This document shows positions 37,768 through 50,250 of a DNA stretch of 64,000 bases, one piece after another. The notes beneath the pieces were generated by a model. That model had not been told where the DNA came from, searched no databases, and was given only the letters and a program-made list of their open reading frames with translations. This stretch comes from Mobula hypostoma (taxonomy: Eukaryota), in NCBI RefSeq assembly GCF_963921235.1, contig NC_086097.1, forward strand, positions 225,620,001 through 225,684,000, written 5' to 3'. How positions within the stretch are numbered: position 1 is the stretch's first letter; each line of letters starts with the position of its first letter. The translations under genes and the position numbers were made by a program.

Positions 37768-40700
37768 AGAGGTGGTTGGTTCACAAATAGAGAAAGCTTG
37801 GAGACAGTGCCAGAGGAAGGATAGGCAGGTGATCGAGAAGGAATACGCTCAGACCGATGGTATGAGATGATCTATTTTAATGCAAGGAATATTATGAACA
37901 AAGCGGATGAGCTCCAAGCATGGATCAGTACTTGGAGCTATGACGTTGTGGACGTTACAGAGACTCTGGATGGCTCAAGGGCAAGAACGGTTACTTCGAG
38001 TGCCAGACTTCAGATGTTTCAGAAAGGACAGGGAAGGAGGCAAAAGAGGTGGGGGCATGACACCATTGATCAGAGATAGTGTCATGGCTGCAGAAAAGGA
38101 GGAAGACATGGACGGATTGTCTACAGAGTCTGTGTGGGTGGAAATTAGGAACAGGAAGGGGTCAACACCTCTACTGGGTGATTTTTATAGACCACCCAAT
38201 AATAATAGGAACATCAAGAAGCAGATAGGAAGACAGATTCTGGAAAGGTGTAATAACAGGGCTGTGTGGTGGGAGACTTCAATTTCCCAAATATCGATTG
38301 GCACGTCCTTGGAGTGAGGGGTTTAGATGGGGTAGAGTTTGTTACGTGTGTTCAGGAAGGTTTCTTAACACAATTTGCAGATAAGCCTACAAGAGGAGAG
38401 GCTGTACTTGATCTGGTACTGGGAAATGAACCTAGTCAGGTTAGTGGGAGAGCATTTTGGAGATAGTGATCACAATTCTATCTCCTTTACCACAGCATTG
38501 CAGTGTGCTAGGAACAGAAAAGTTAGGAAAGCATTTAATTGGAGTAAGTGGAAATATCAGGCTATCAGGCAGGAACTTGGAAGCATAAATTGGGAACAGA
38601 TGTTCTCAGGGAAATGTACAGAAGGAATGTGGTAAATGTTCGGGGGATATTTGCGTGGATTTCTGCATAGGAACGTTCCAATGAGACGGGAACGATGGTA
38701 TTGTACAGGAACCGTGATGCACAAAGGCTGTTGTAAGTCTAGTCAAGAAGAAAAAAAAAGCTTACAAAAGGTTCAAAAAACTAGGTAATGATAGAGACCT
38801 AGAAGATTATAAGGCTCGTAGGAAGGAACTTAAGAAAGAAATTAGGAGTGCGAAGCGCAGAATCAAATGTCGCTGTGATGATTGTACGTTCTAGTAGCAA
38901 TTGTTTGGTGACAATAAAGTATAAAGTTTAAAGGAGAGCCAGAAGGGGCCATGAGAAGGCCTTGGTGGACAGGATTAAGAAAAACCCCAAGGCATTCGAC
39001 AAGTATGTGAAGAGCAAGAGGATAAGACATTAGAGAATAGGACCAATCAAGTGTGACAGTGGAAAAGTGTATATGGAACGGGAGGAGATAGCAGAAGTAC
39101 TTAATGAGTACTTTGCTTCAGTATTCACTATGGAAAAGGATCTTGGCGATTGTAGGGATGACTTACAGTGGACTGAAAAGCTTGAGCATGTAGATATTAA
39201 GAAAGAGGATGTACTGCAGCTTTTGGAAATCATGAAGTTGGATAAGCCAGCGCGACCAGACGAGAATACCCCAGGCTAATGTGGGAGGAGAGGGAGGAGA
39301 TGGCTGAGCCTCTAGTGATGATCTTTACATCAACAATGGAGACGGGAGAGATTCTGAATGATTGGAGGATTGCGGATGTTGTTCCATTATTCAAGAAAGG
39401 GAGTAGAGATAGTCCAGGAAATTATACACCAGTGAGCCTCACTTCAGTGGTTTGTAAGTTGATGGGAAGATCCTGAGAGGCAGGATTTATGAACATTTAG
39501 AGAGGCATAATATGAGTAGGAATAATCAGCATGACTTTGTCAAAGGCAGGTCGTGCCTTACGAGCCTGAGTGAATTTTTTGAGGATGTGACTAAATACAT
39601 TGACGAAAGTAGAGCAGTAGCGTATATGGATTTCAGCAAGGCATTTGATAAGGTACCCAATGCAAGGCTTATAGAGAAAATACGAAGGCATGGGATCCAA
39701 GGGGACATTGCTTTGTGGATCCAGAACTGGCTTGTCTACAGAAGGCAAAGAGTGGTTGTAGATGGGTCATATTCTGTATGGAGATCAGTGACCAGTGGTG
39801 TGCCTCAGGGATCTGTTCTGGGACCCTTACTCTTCGTGATTTTTATAAATGACCTGGATGAGGAAGTGGAGGTATGTGTTAGTAAATTTGCTGATAAGAC
39901 AAAGGTGAGGGCTGTTGCAGATAGTATGGAGGGCTGTCGGAGGCTACAGCGGGACATTGATAGGATGCAAAACTGGGCTGAGAAGTGGCAGATGAAGTTC
40001 AATCCAGATAAGTGTAAGGTGGTACATTTTGGTAGGTCAAATATGATAGCAGAATATAGTATTACTGTAATGGTAAGACACTTGGCAGTGTGGAGGATCA
40101 GAGGGATCTTGGGGTCCGAATCCATAGGACACTCAAAGATGTTGCACAGGTTGACTCTGTGGTTAAGAAATCATACAGTGTATTGTCCTTCATCATTCAT
40201 GGGATTGAGTTTAGGAGCTGAGAGGTAATGTTACAGCTCTATAGGACCACGGTCAGACCCCATTTGGAGTACTGTGCTCAGTTCTGGTTGCCTCACTACA
40301 GGAAGGATGTGGAAACCATAGAAAGGGTGCAGAGGAGATTTACAAGGATGTTGCCTGTATGGGGAGCATGCCTTATGAGAAAAGGTTGAGTGAACTCGGC
40401 TTTTTGTCCTTGGAGCGACGAAGGATGAGAAGTGACCTGATAGGGGTGTATAAGATGATGAGAGGTATTGATCATGTGGATAGTTGGAGGCTTTTCACAG
40501 GGCTGAAATGGCTAGCATGAGAAGGCACAGTTTTAAAGTGCTTGGAAGTAGGTACAGAGCGGATGTCAGAGGTAAGTTTTTTACGCAGAGGGTGGTGAGT
40601 GTGTGGAATAAGCTGCCGGTGATGGTGGTGGAGGCAGATGCAATAGGGTCTTTTAAGAGATTCCTGGACAGGTACATGGAGCTCAGAAAAATAGAGGGCT

Positions 40701-40811
40701 ATGGGTAATCCTTGGTAATTTTATAAGGTAAGGATATGTTCAGCACAGCTTTGTGGGCCGATGGACCTGTATTGTGTTGTAGGTTTTCTATGTTTCTATG
40801 TTTCTATATGT
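37768..40811 (+). mobile_element. CR1-like LINE, nearly full ORF2, inserted in the Gypsy RT
   Basis: IYFNARNIMNK, GDFNFPNIDW, DFSKAFDKV, PQGSVLGP, TQRVVSVWNKLP; (TTCTATGT)n tail. Confidence 0.95.
38849..38931 (+). mobile_element. 83-bp 3'-tail insertion of a Rex1/Babar-type LINE
   Basis: TSD AGGAG (38844-48 and 38932-36); matches the 3' end of the element at 41762-42150. Confidence 0.8.
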
Positions 40812-41761
40812 TCAGATTTGGATGCACTAGTGACAAGTATGTCATCCAGGTAAGCAAAAATAAAATCTCAGTCTTTTATTACAGAGTCCATCAGCTGTTG
40901 GAAAGACTGTGCTGCATTTTTCAGTCCAAACACCATGCGCAGAAACTTAGAGGCAAAACAGGGTTATCATATCCATTTTGGGAATGTCCTCCGAGCACAC
41001 AGGCACCTGATGGTAGCCCTTAATTAGATTGACTTTGGAAAAAAACTAACTTTCTGGCTAAAATTCCAAAAAATCTTGGATGTGTGCAACCAGATAACAA
41101 TTGGAGTGGTGGCCTTTTCAAGGCTTCGGTAACTGCGATATGGGTGACAACCACCATTGAGCTTAGGGACCATACGGAGGGGTGAAGGCCAGAGTCCAGT
41201 ATACAATGCCAAGTCTTTCCATGTTGACAATCTCAGCCCACTTTTCTGGGTCCAGTCTATGTGTGCAGTCATGAAGTGGTGGGCCAGTTGTAGAAACTTG
41301 GTGTTTGCCCCCATGTTTTGTGTCTATAGTGGAAAATGTGGGCTTGGTGAGGTTTGAAAATTCACCCAGCAGTCAAATAAACTCAGATATGGTGGTGCAT
41401 GCACTTGACGGAGTCGTTGTGGTAACTTACTGGGAAAGCAGGGTAACAGCCAAAGTCCTTGACATCCACAAGCAGGCGGTTCTTAAAATAAACTAATAGT
41501 CCTTGGGCACTGAAGAAATCTGCACCAAGCAGAGGTCTGATCACTTTAGCCAGGACAAATTCCCACATGTAACATCAAGCATGGAAGCAGAGCATCACCC
41601 ATCGTGTCCCATAGGTCTGGATCTTGCCGCCATTCGGGGACTCCTGTGATGTTGCATCGCTTTTCACCTTCTCATCAGTAGGAGATGCTGCCAATATACT
41701 CAACTGAGCACCTGTACCACACAGGAAGCGTCGCCCTGAAAGGGTGTCCGTAATGAATAGT

Positions 41762-42150
41762 AGATACTTCATACTTTATTGTTGCCAAACAATTGATACG
41801 AGAACGTACAATTGTCACAGCGATATTTGATACTGCACTTCGCGCTCCCTGGAGTACAAATCGATAGTAAATATTAAAAATTTAAATTATAAATCATAAG
41901 TAGAAAATAGAAAAGGGAAAGCAAGGTATTGTAAAAAAAAACGAGAGGCAGGCCTGAATATTTGGAGGGTATGGCCCAGATCCGGATCAGGATCCATTCA
42001 GCAGTCTTATCACAGTTGGAAAGAAGCTGTTCCCAAATCTGGCCGTACGAGTCTTCAAGCTCCTGAGCCTTCTCCCGGAGGGAAGAGGGACAAAGAGTGT
42101 GTTGGCTGGGTGGGTCGTGTCCTTGATTAACCTGGAAGCACTGCTCCATC
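41762..42150 (-). mobile_element. Rex1/Babar LINE 3' end inserted between Gypsy gag and protease
   Basis: DTTHPANTLFVPLPSGRRLRSLKTRTARFGNSFFP on the minus strand. Confidence 0.85.
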
Positions 42151-42883
42151 AACTCCAGACGACCCTGGCTGCTGGAACCCATGATGTTCACAGACCTCTG
42201 ATGATATTAAGTGCTGATACAGTTGAAGCCACAAGGCAGAGGGTACTTCCTAGCATTCACACCAAAGCGAGCGTGGTAAAAACACAGGTCCAGTATCATC
42301 TGCTTTGTAGCCGCAGACGTCTTTATGTTGGAGGCCTGCTGACGGGGTTTACTGAGGCAGAGATGGAGGAGGAATGTTCACCGCTTCCTCCTGAGTGTAG
42401 ACTATCAGCCATTTTTAGCAAGCTCACTATAGTCCTTCACGGGTGCATTAGGGAGGGCTATGCAGACTTGATCAGGTATTTGCTGCAAGAAGAGCTCTTT
42501 AAGAATAAAATAAGGATGGTGATTCCCGGTAGGGACATCATGTGGTCCATTTGCTCCGAAGGCCTAGCATCGCTCAGGCCAGGGAGGAGAGGAACTGTAC
42601 GGCATAGCTTCTGATAGTCCAGAAGTCTGTAAAAGGTGAGTTTTTCAATATTTATCATGTTTAGCCAGGTGTTCTAGTAGATTCAACACATTCGCAGCCG
42701 TGGCGTTTCCAGGCAATGCTACCACAAGGTAGAATTTGGTGTGGTCCGCGGTGGTTTCTAGCAGCACAAACTGGGCCTCAGCTTGTACAAACCAAAAGCA
42801 ACAGCATTTTGCTCCCAAAACTCTGGCAGTTTCAAAGCGACTACATTTGCCAACATGTTCAATAACTCTGGAATTGTCCTGGA

Positions 42884-42898
42884 ACATCGGGGTCACCA
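42884..42898 (-). promoter_or_regulatory. Primer-binding site complementary to the tRNA-Trp 3' end
   Basis: TGGTGACCCCGATGT versus the tRNA-Trp complement TGGTGACCCCGACGT (one mismatch), directly after the LTR. Confidence 0.8.
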
Positions 42899-43114
42899 AT
42901 ATAGGTTTTCACAAATAAAACAAAGTAAGGCGTTTTATATTTCAGAAAAAACATAACACATTTTATTGAACACCAAAACCTGAACACAAAGTGTGCTAAA
43001 AAAAACTCTCTGTAATTATGTAATCACGTTAGACCCACCCCTTAAAGAAAACCCCAACTCAATATAGGTGGATGTGAATTACATACATTTCCTCCAGTTA
43101 TATTACCCTACATA

Positions 43115-43345
43115 GTAGTCTAGGATCAGAGGCTACAGCCTCAGAGTACAAGGGCATCTCTTCAGAACAGAGATGAGGAAGAATTTCTTTAGCCAGAGGG
43201 TGGTGAATCTGTTGAATTCATTGTCACAGATGCCTGTGAAAGCCAAGACATTGGGTAGGGATGTTGAATCAGCCATGAAGAAATGGCAGAGCAGGCTCGA
43301 TGGGCTGAATGGCCTAATTCTGCTCTTATGTCTAATGGTCTTGCG
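43115..43345 (+). mobile_element. CR1-like LINE 3' end (older CR1 debris continues to about 44535)
   Basis: MRKNFFSQRVVNLLNSL and family 3' UTR. Confidence 0.85.
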
Positions 43346-46300
43346 TTATAAGGCACTGAGGGAGAAACTAAAAAGATTTTTGGCAACCAAATGCGCAATT
43401 AACCAAAAGCAAAGGAACAGTAACGTTAGTAATACATGCTCAGCCTTCCTCTCAGCAGAACTAAAAATGAGGAAGTTATGATTTTGTAATCCAATACTTT
43501 GGTCAGACCCTAACCGGAGTGCTGTGAAGTTTGGACATTAAATTTCAATAAAGTTATGTTGGCCATAAAGGTGATATGGAAAAAACTCTTCAGAATCTTT
43601 GCAAGCTTTAAAGAGTTATAATAAGAAGTTGCATTGTAGGGTAGCAAGGAGTGAATTTATGGAGATGTTCAAAATGAGAAAGGAATTCTATAGAATGGAA
43701 ATTAAGGAATAATTCCCTTCGGTGCAATGACTTCATTTATATAGGATCTAACCACAAAATTGTGTCGAGACAGAGATTCCCTTCCTATGGAAGGATGTAA
43801 TTGTGATGGAGGGGGTAGAATGAATGTACTCTGGAATACTGAATTTGGGAGGAGAGGCTAAACAAGCTGAACTTAGAAGCGTGCCAGTTGACCTTATTGA
43901 AACAGCAATGTTTTTAACAGGCCCTCTGTAGGCATTTGCAGTGATAAGTGTTTCCACCCAAAAGAGGATCCAGAGCCAAGCAATCACAATCTCATAATAA
44001 GGGATTCACTGTTCAGGGTTGAAAAAAAGCATTTATTCATCTAGTCTTTGGAATTTTCTATTCAAAGCCACTTTGGAGGTCCAGTTGATTAGCATACAAG
44101 TCTATTAATACTAATAGATTTCAGCATTTTAATAATTATGAATTTACTGGAGGAACATAGCATAAAATTGATGGTGGAACAGATTTAAGGGGCTGAATAG
44201 CCGATTCACAGTTTTTTTTATTTCTTATGCATAAGAAATCTAAAACATCTTAAAATCTGAGTGAATATATTTAGGAGTGGAGTCTGGAAACACAAAAGGG
44301 TTAGAGAAATCAGTAATATTTCTCCTTCCCTCCCGACCCCTGCTAGAAGTCTTTGGGTGTTTATTTAATTGAAGTTTTTTTAATGTGGGGATTAGTTATT
44401 TTCACTGGGCTAAGGCATCAGAGGAAGTGATGCAGGTGTGAACAAACAGAACTGAGAAAAAGAACACCTCATCTTTAATTGAATGATGGAACAAGTTTCT
44501 CTGGCTTAATGGCATGTTCCTACTCCATTAGTTATAGAAATAGTTCACACTGATGTTGCAATGTAATGGTTTTCAGTCTTGTTACCCACAGCCACAGAGC
44601 TTATACAGCCTAAAAAAAATTGCATTACTATCACTTTGCAAAACCAACTTTATTTATTTATTTAAGGTCATTCTAAATTTTATCACCAATAGAACATACT
44701 TAATTATACATTCTGCCTAAATCATTTAAAATTGCAAATGATTTCACAAATCTCCTTTCTATATACAGACTTTTATAGCAAACTCTTGATGGAAAAGTAT
44801 CTATATACATTATGTATAATAATTGTATAATTTGCTTTGCACATGAAATTTATTATCAACCAGACTGAATTACTATATATCATCCAGACTTCAATGCTAA
44901 AATAATGTCAGGGCACTATACTAAATGAAATTTCATTCAGTAATGATACTTTTAATTATGAACGGCAAGACATTCACGAGACAGAGAGAGAGAGAGCCTG
45001 GGCACTGACGGAACAGAATGTTATGGACATGAAAAAAATCCTCGACATGTTTTTTTTATGGTTGTAGATAAACAAATCTTAGTTTGTTGATTGGCTGATT
45101 TTCGAAGGTCATTCGGGGTTGAGCATCTAAATCTCATTAAGTTTCATGTAGGAGACGGTCTTTTTCATTATTACAGTGCTGAAGTCTGTATCCCTGAAGC
45201 TAATTGCAAGGCACTGCTGCCGATTTCTAATTGTTTGCTATCAAAATAGCTGTGTAAGCTTGATTAACAGTGTTCAGCAACATTCATAATAGTCCTAGCC
45301 TGTTCCTGCATAAAATAGAAACTGGGGGGAAAAATCAATAAGATTTAATAAGATCAGGAACAATCACTTACAGTAGTACATCAATCACACAAAGTAATAG
45401 CTGCAGGATTTGATAGGGTCCTGAACTGCCTGAGAGATTCATAACCGGTACTCGTTAATGATTTGTTCATTTGCATTTTATCAATCCAGTCGGAGCTGAC
45501 AAGCAGAAGGGGCAATTAGGTAATGTGCTTGCTTAAACTCATCAAATTTCACAATTAAAAGAGAAACAGGTAGCAGTGAACAGTTTGTCAGTTAGTTACA
45601 AGCAACAATGCGAATAACGTCCAGTCGCTATGTTGTGAAACATACTGCATTTTATCTCACTTCTGTTTGTTCCAGCATGTAAATGCTAACGTGCTTTTTC
45701 TACAAAAAGTAAAAAAATAGAAAACCTTTATAAACAACCAACACCATTAAAATGTCATTTTGTTTTTGAGTAAATATCTGCATGCCTCTCTAGTTTTGTT
45801 TCCCAACTTTCAGAATGAACCACTGGTTGTCATTAGGCTACAATTCCAGAAATAATATACATTTATATTAACTGCAGTGGTGAACCACTGCAGCAGACTA
45901 TTGCTTCTTGCCAGTTAAATGACCACTGCATGTGCCTTTTAGCACCTGAAGGCACCAAATATGATCATACAGTTGATATTTGTTCCATTATATATTAACA
46001 AAAGCTTTTTTTAAAATGTGTGGTACTCAGATTCATTTGAAGAAACTGTGCAGTGTGATATCAGTAATATGTCGGCCAGAGTTCACTGACAAGAATCATG
46101 GTCACGTTCGTTGACATGTTTGTGAATGGCAACAAAGAGCACAGAAACTGAGCATTTTAGTGGACCATTCAGTCCATTAGAATGGATAGGATCCTTCTGG
46201 TAAACTGCTTTAATTCTCCAAATGAACATTGCCAGCAGCAATTCTGGAAATTGTTCTAGAAGAAGGGCAAATCAAAACAGATTCTATAGCCATGTCATTC

Positions 46301-47151
46301 TATCCAATTATAATGTACCCAGAGAAACTATTGTCTTTCAGGATGTGATGGGGGATTTTAATTTTTTTTCCTTTCAGATTGTTTCATTTCAGCCATTTTC
46401 CTGAATCATAAAGTGTAGATGAGATGTAATTAAAAGTCACTACAATGGCCTGATCTTGGATTTTCTGATAGATTACCCACAGATGTGCAATACTCCACAC
46501 AAGTTCAATATCCTTTCTATGACAGGGCACTGAACACCATTAATTGTACAATTACAGCCAAACTTACGTTTTACAATACTTTATCATGACCCAGTATATT
46601 TGGCATCTGTGCTGCCATACAATCAGTTTTTGATATATTTTGCACTTGAAACTATCTACACTCACAAAACTGTGCAATTTCATCCCCAAGTTTTATTTGT
46701 CCATTCCCTTCAGAATTTGGCTCATGGAGTCATTATGGGAAGTGGGAGACTGGTCTTCCTGAAACATTTTGTAGTTTCTCTTGCTTCTTACGTCTGTCTT
46801 TTTGAAAATTTTTCTACTTGCATTTCTGGGGCCAATTATTAATATTCACCAGAAGTGGAACTCTATTGTAATTCATTTGCAAACCTCTCCAGTTCAAAGA
46901 CATACCAAAATTTCTTGTTTAGTGACAAATAACTATTTTACACAAGGTACCGTTGTATAAATGTTTGTCAGAGTGAAGTCTTCACCACGACGTTGCTGGC
47001 TCAAATATGTCCACATCCGTACAAGCATTGTCGATGTCTTCCGCATGAGTTTTCCTCAGACATTGGCCTGAATCCATGTAGGTAGAGAAAATCAGGTTAG
47101 GATCACAGAGTAACGGGATTCAAAATATTTTTAGAAAGTTGTTTAAAACTT

Positions 47152-47330
47152 CAGAATCAGAATCAAGTTTATCACTGGCAATTTTGTGAAATTTGGTATT
47201 TTGTGGCAGGAGTACAGTGCAAGACATAAAAAGTTACTAGAAGTTACAATATGAAATAAGATAAATAGAGAAAAAGCAAAATTGTGCTAGCGTTCATGGA
47301 TTGTTCAGAAATCTGACGGCGGTGGAACTT
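47152..47330 (-). mobile_element. Rex1/Babar 3' tail fragment
   Basis: TCAGAATCAGAATCAAGTTTATCACTGGC, as at 19682 and 51263. Confidence 0.65.
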
Positions 47331-47356
47331 GACCAAGTTCTACAAGTCAACAAATA

Positions 47357-48451
47357 CAGTGCATTCCAGTTAATCAGGCAATTGATTAATCAGAGCAGAT
47401 GCTTGTTTGGGACCAGACTTAAAGAAGAAAATAGCTGAGATTCCCTTCATTTATTTGGGATATTATGCCACTTAATTGGGACAGTAGACTGTTGGTGAAC
47501 AGTTTCTAACTAGCATCAATCGCCTGTGCTTGTGTGGCCATTAGGCACTACACCATGCTTAGAGTAAACTTTTTTCAAATCGCGTCAGCTGTGTGCATTT
47601 GTGTTTAAAAAGCACTGATTTTTGTCACTGATAGTTGGCGAGAAATAAGCAGTAAGACAATTCAGAACTGTTTTGCTCACTGTGGTGTCAAGCATTCAGG
47701 CTTGGAGACACCAGAAACACTAGGGTTGAAAATGAAAGGATTTTATTATTTAAACAAGTTAGCAACTACAAAGAATTTAAATGTGTTGACAATCATCTTG
47801 ATTGTCACCTTTGGCCCTCACCAGACACTCAGCTTTCACCTGTGGGGCCAGGTAGCTGTTTGCATGTGACAGTGGACATATCTTGGTACACCACTTTGAC
47901 AGGCAGACTAAACCAGGTGGGGGTAGTTGATGGGTCTCGTGCCCCAATTAGATAGGGACATGCCTGTCCTAGCATACAGACTCAGCTCCGGTGGACTGGG
48001 TGGATGAGATCTACGGTGAGATCCAATGACCGGCAAGGTGGTTCTGCAGCGCGCTGTGAAGAGTGAAGGGCAGACAAGACACAGAAGTAATTATGGCCTT
48101 CCACTGAAACAAGGAAAACCCCAGTTGTGATGTCTACTTATACCAATGGAACCAGACTTCTGAGGTCAAAAGAGTGGAACTGCCCCAGTGCAACAACCTT
48201 CCGACTTTAAAAGCTCTCCCGTATAGTTTTCCTGTCATCTTCAGAAATGACAGAGAAACACCAGAAGTATTAGCAGCGCTCTAATTTATTATGTATTTCA
48301 TTTAAATACTTAATTTGTTACTCATTTAAGTGGTAGTTTGCCTTTTTTATGCCTTTTTAAGTATTTCCATGAAACCTGCTGTTTGGGTCTGCCTCTTAAT
48401 TCGGTCAAAACGTATTGGTCCCGATGTGTCCCAATTAACAAGAATCCACTG
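47357..48451. mobile_element. Non-autonomous Tigger-like DNA element
   Basis: TA|CAGTGCATTCCAGTTAAT and ATTAACAAGAATCCACTG|TA imperfect TIRs with TA TSD. Confidence 0.75.
47806..48265 (+). mobile_element. Older copy of the RTE-like non-autonomous element (same family as 59708-60241)
   Basis: CACTCAGCT.TCACCTGTGG...TAGCTGTTTGCATG.GACAG...CTAAACCAGGTG is collinear with 59750-59870. Confidence 0.8.
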
Positions 48452-49434
48452 TATATGTAAACATGACAAACAATATGATATAAGATATTAGAAAGAATTA
48501 CCAAAGGCAGAGTATGAGATATCAGAAACTGTCGAACTCTAAAAAAGCCCTTGTATTCTGCAACTGCATCTCGCTCTTATAAATGCTCAATTAATTCTGT
48601 TTTCAGTTCTTTCCTGCAACACCCTTTAACTCTGAACAGTACCTGTCCTTTAAGCCTAGATGATTTTTGATAGAACTCATCATGGCAACTGCTCACAATA
48701 GTCTGTCTATATTTCCTCACAAGGTCTCTGTCTGTCTCTGGGCCCTCTTTGCTTATAATCCAAAAATCACACCTGTGTCAATTTGGTTGACACAGTCTTC
48801 ATCTTTGCTTGTATCATCTCCATCCTGTTTATATGCTATGGGAAAGATTGAAGTCCAACCAATAGCATTTCAAAGATACTTTGATGAAGAAATTTTTGAG
48901 TTTATCAGCAATCTAACACTTGTTAATGAACATCCCCCCCTCCCGCCGATAGTTACACTTGAGTACAGAGCTAAATACACAAGAGTCATATTGATATTAG
49001 TATGACTTGTTAATTTGGACATATTATCACACAGCAGGGGTTCAGAAGAAAAACATGAGTTTGCATAAACAAATACATAAGGATTTCCTTTCTGTTTTTA
49101 ATCTGTTTGAAAATAATAAGTTTTGACACTGGATTATCAACAGCACTTTTGATTAGAAATTTCGATCCTTTTTTTAGTCTTTTTTTGTGTTCTAGCAAAA
49201 GGCAGTTCACTACATTATACCCATGCACATGTTGTACCTCATGCAGTCTACCGATGTTGTAAATTGTACTATTTGCTTCAGAACACGGCATAAAACTGGG
49301 AGAGTTTTATCATGAATGAAGACTGGGGCCATATTTGGGCAATGTTAGCATCCAGTTTTGCTCACCTAGGTGATAGGATATTAAGCCATCCAGGCATCCC
49401 ATGACACTGTGTATAGTACAATAGGCCCTCCATA

Positions 49435-49640
49435 AGCTATAGAGTGATAGAACACTACAGCACAGAAACAGGCCTTTTGGCCCATCTTTCCATGCCAAAC
49501 TATTATTCTGCCTCCTCCCATCTGTCTGTACCTGGACTATAGCTCTCTACACCCCTCCAATCCATGTCCCTATTCAAATTTCCCTTAAATCCTGCTTGCA
49601 TTTACCCCGTCTATACCTCTCATAGATTTTATACCTATTT
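49435..49640 (-). mobile_element. CR1/HER1-like 3' tail
   Basis: ATAGAACACTACAGCACAGAAACAGGCC tail. Confidence 0.7.
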
Positions 49641-50040
49641 CCTGTCCCTGGAGGAATAAAGAGGTTTATGAGTTTGAAAGACATGGAAGAACTTATAAAA
49701 ATCTAATCACAAAGATCAAGGTTTAAGAAAGATATTCTAAAGTAAGGGCAGGTGCAACCAGCTCCCTGCACTCATGTGTTTTATAGGAAGTGGCTGCAGA
49801 GATAGTGGACTGGTTGATGGATTTTTGAAATATATACCTTCAATTCCACTAGGCAATCTGTGAAATGGAAAGCAACAAATTTGGCTCCTTGTTCAAGAGG
49901 GAAAACAAAAGGTGAAAAATGATAGGCCAGTTAATTTTATATATATTGTTGGCAATATGCTGAATTCAATAATCTAACAAGAAACAGGAAATACATCAAA
50001 CCAAGATTCATGAAAAGGAAATCATATATGGACAAACTTG

Positions 50041-50124
50041 AGCAACACACACAAAATGCTGAGGAAGTTAGCAGGCCAGGCAGCATCTATGAAAAGAGTA
50101 CAGTCGACGTTTCAGGCTGAAACC
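50041..50124 (-). mobile_element. 84-bp PLE-terminus insertion
   Basis: TSD AACTTG (50035-40 and 50125-30); contains GAAACGTCGACTG on the minus strand. Confidence 0.85.
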
Positions 50125-50250
50125 AACTTGCTTGAATTTTTGAGGATGTTACAAGAAAAGGACATAGATGGGAAGCTTTCAATGTGGTATTTGGACTTCT
50201 GAAAAGCATTTGACATTTTCCACATGGAAAAGCTGAAGTACAAGTTAATA

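Larger units (their letters stand above)
36246..43112 (-). mobile_element. Ty3/Gypsy element, CsRn1-like (5' LTR, PBS, gag, PR, RT, RH, IN), decayed, 3' end lost, interrupted by CR1 and Rex
   Basis: LTR 42900-43112; PBS 42884-42898; gag WFVQAEAQF and CFYHARFGVNARKYPLPC; protease FLCGTGAQLS; RT YLDD (40841-52); RH TTDASDYAVG; IN VDRTTRWPE...YHPHSNG. Confidence 0.9.

Noticed and set aside
42099..42614. 171-aa plus-strand ORF
   Set aside because: Antisense to Gypsy gag and a Rex tail; no recognisable domain.
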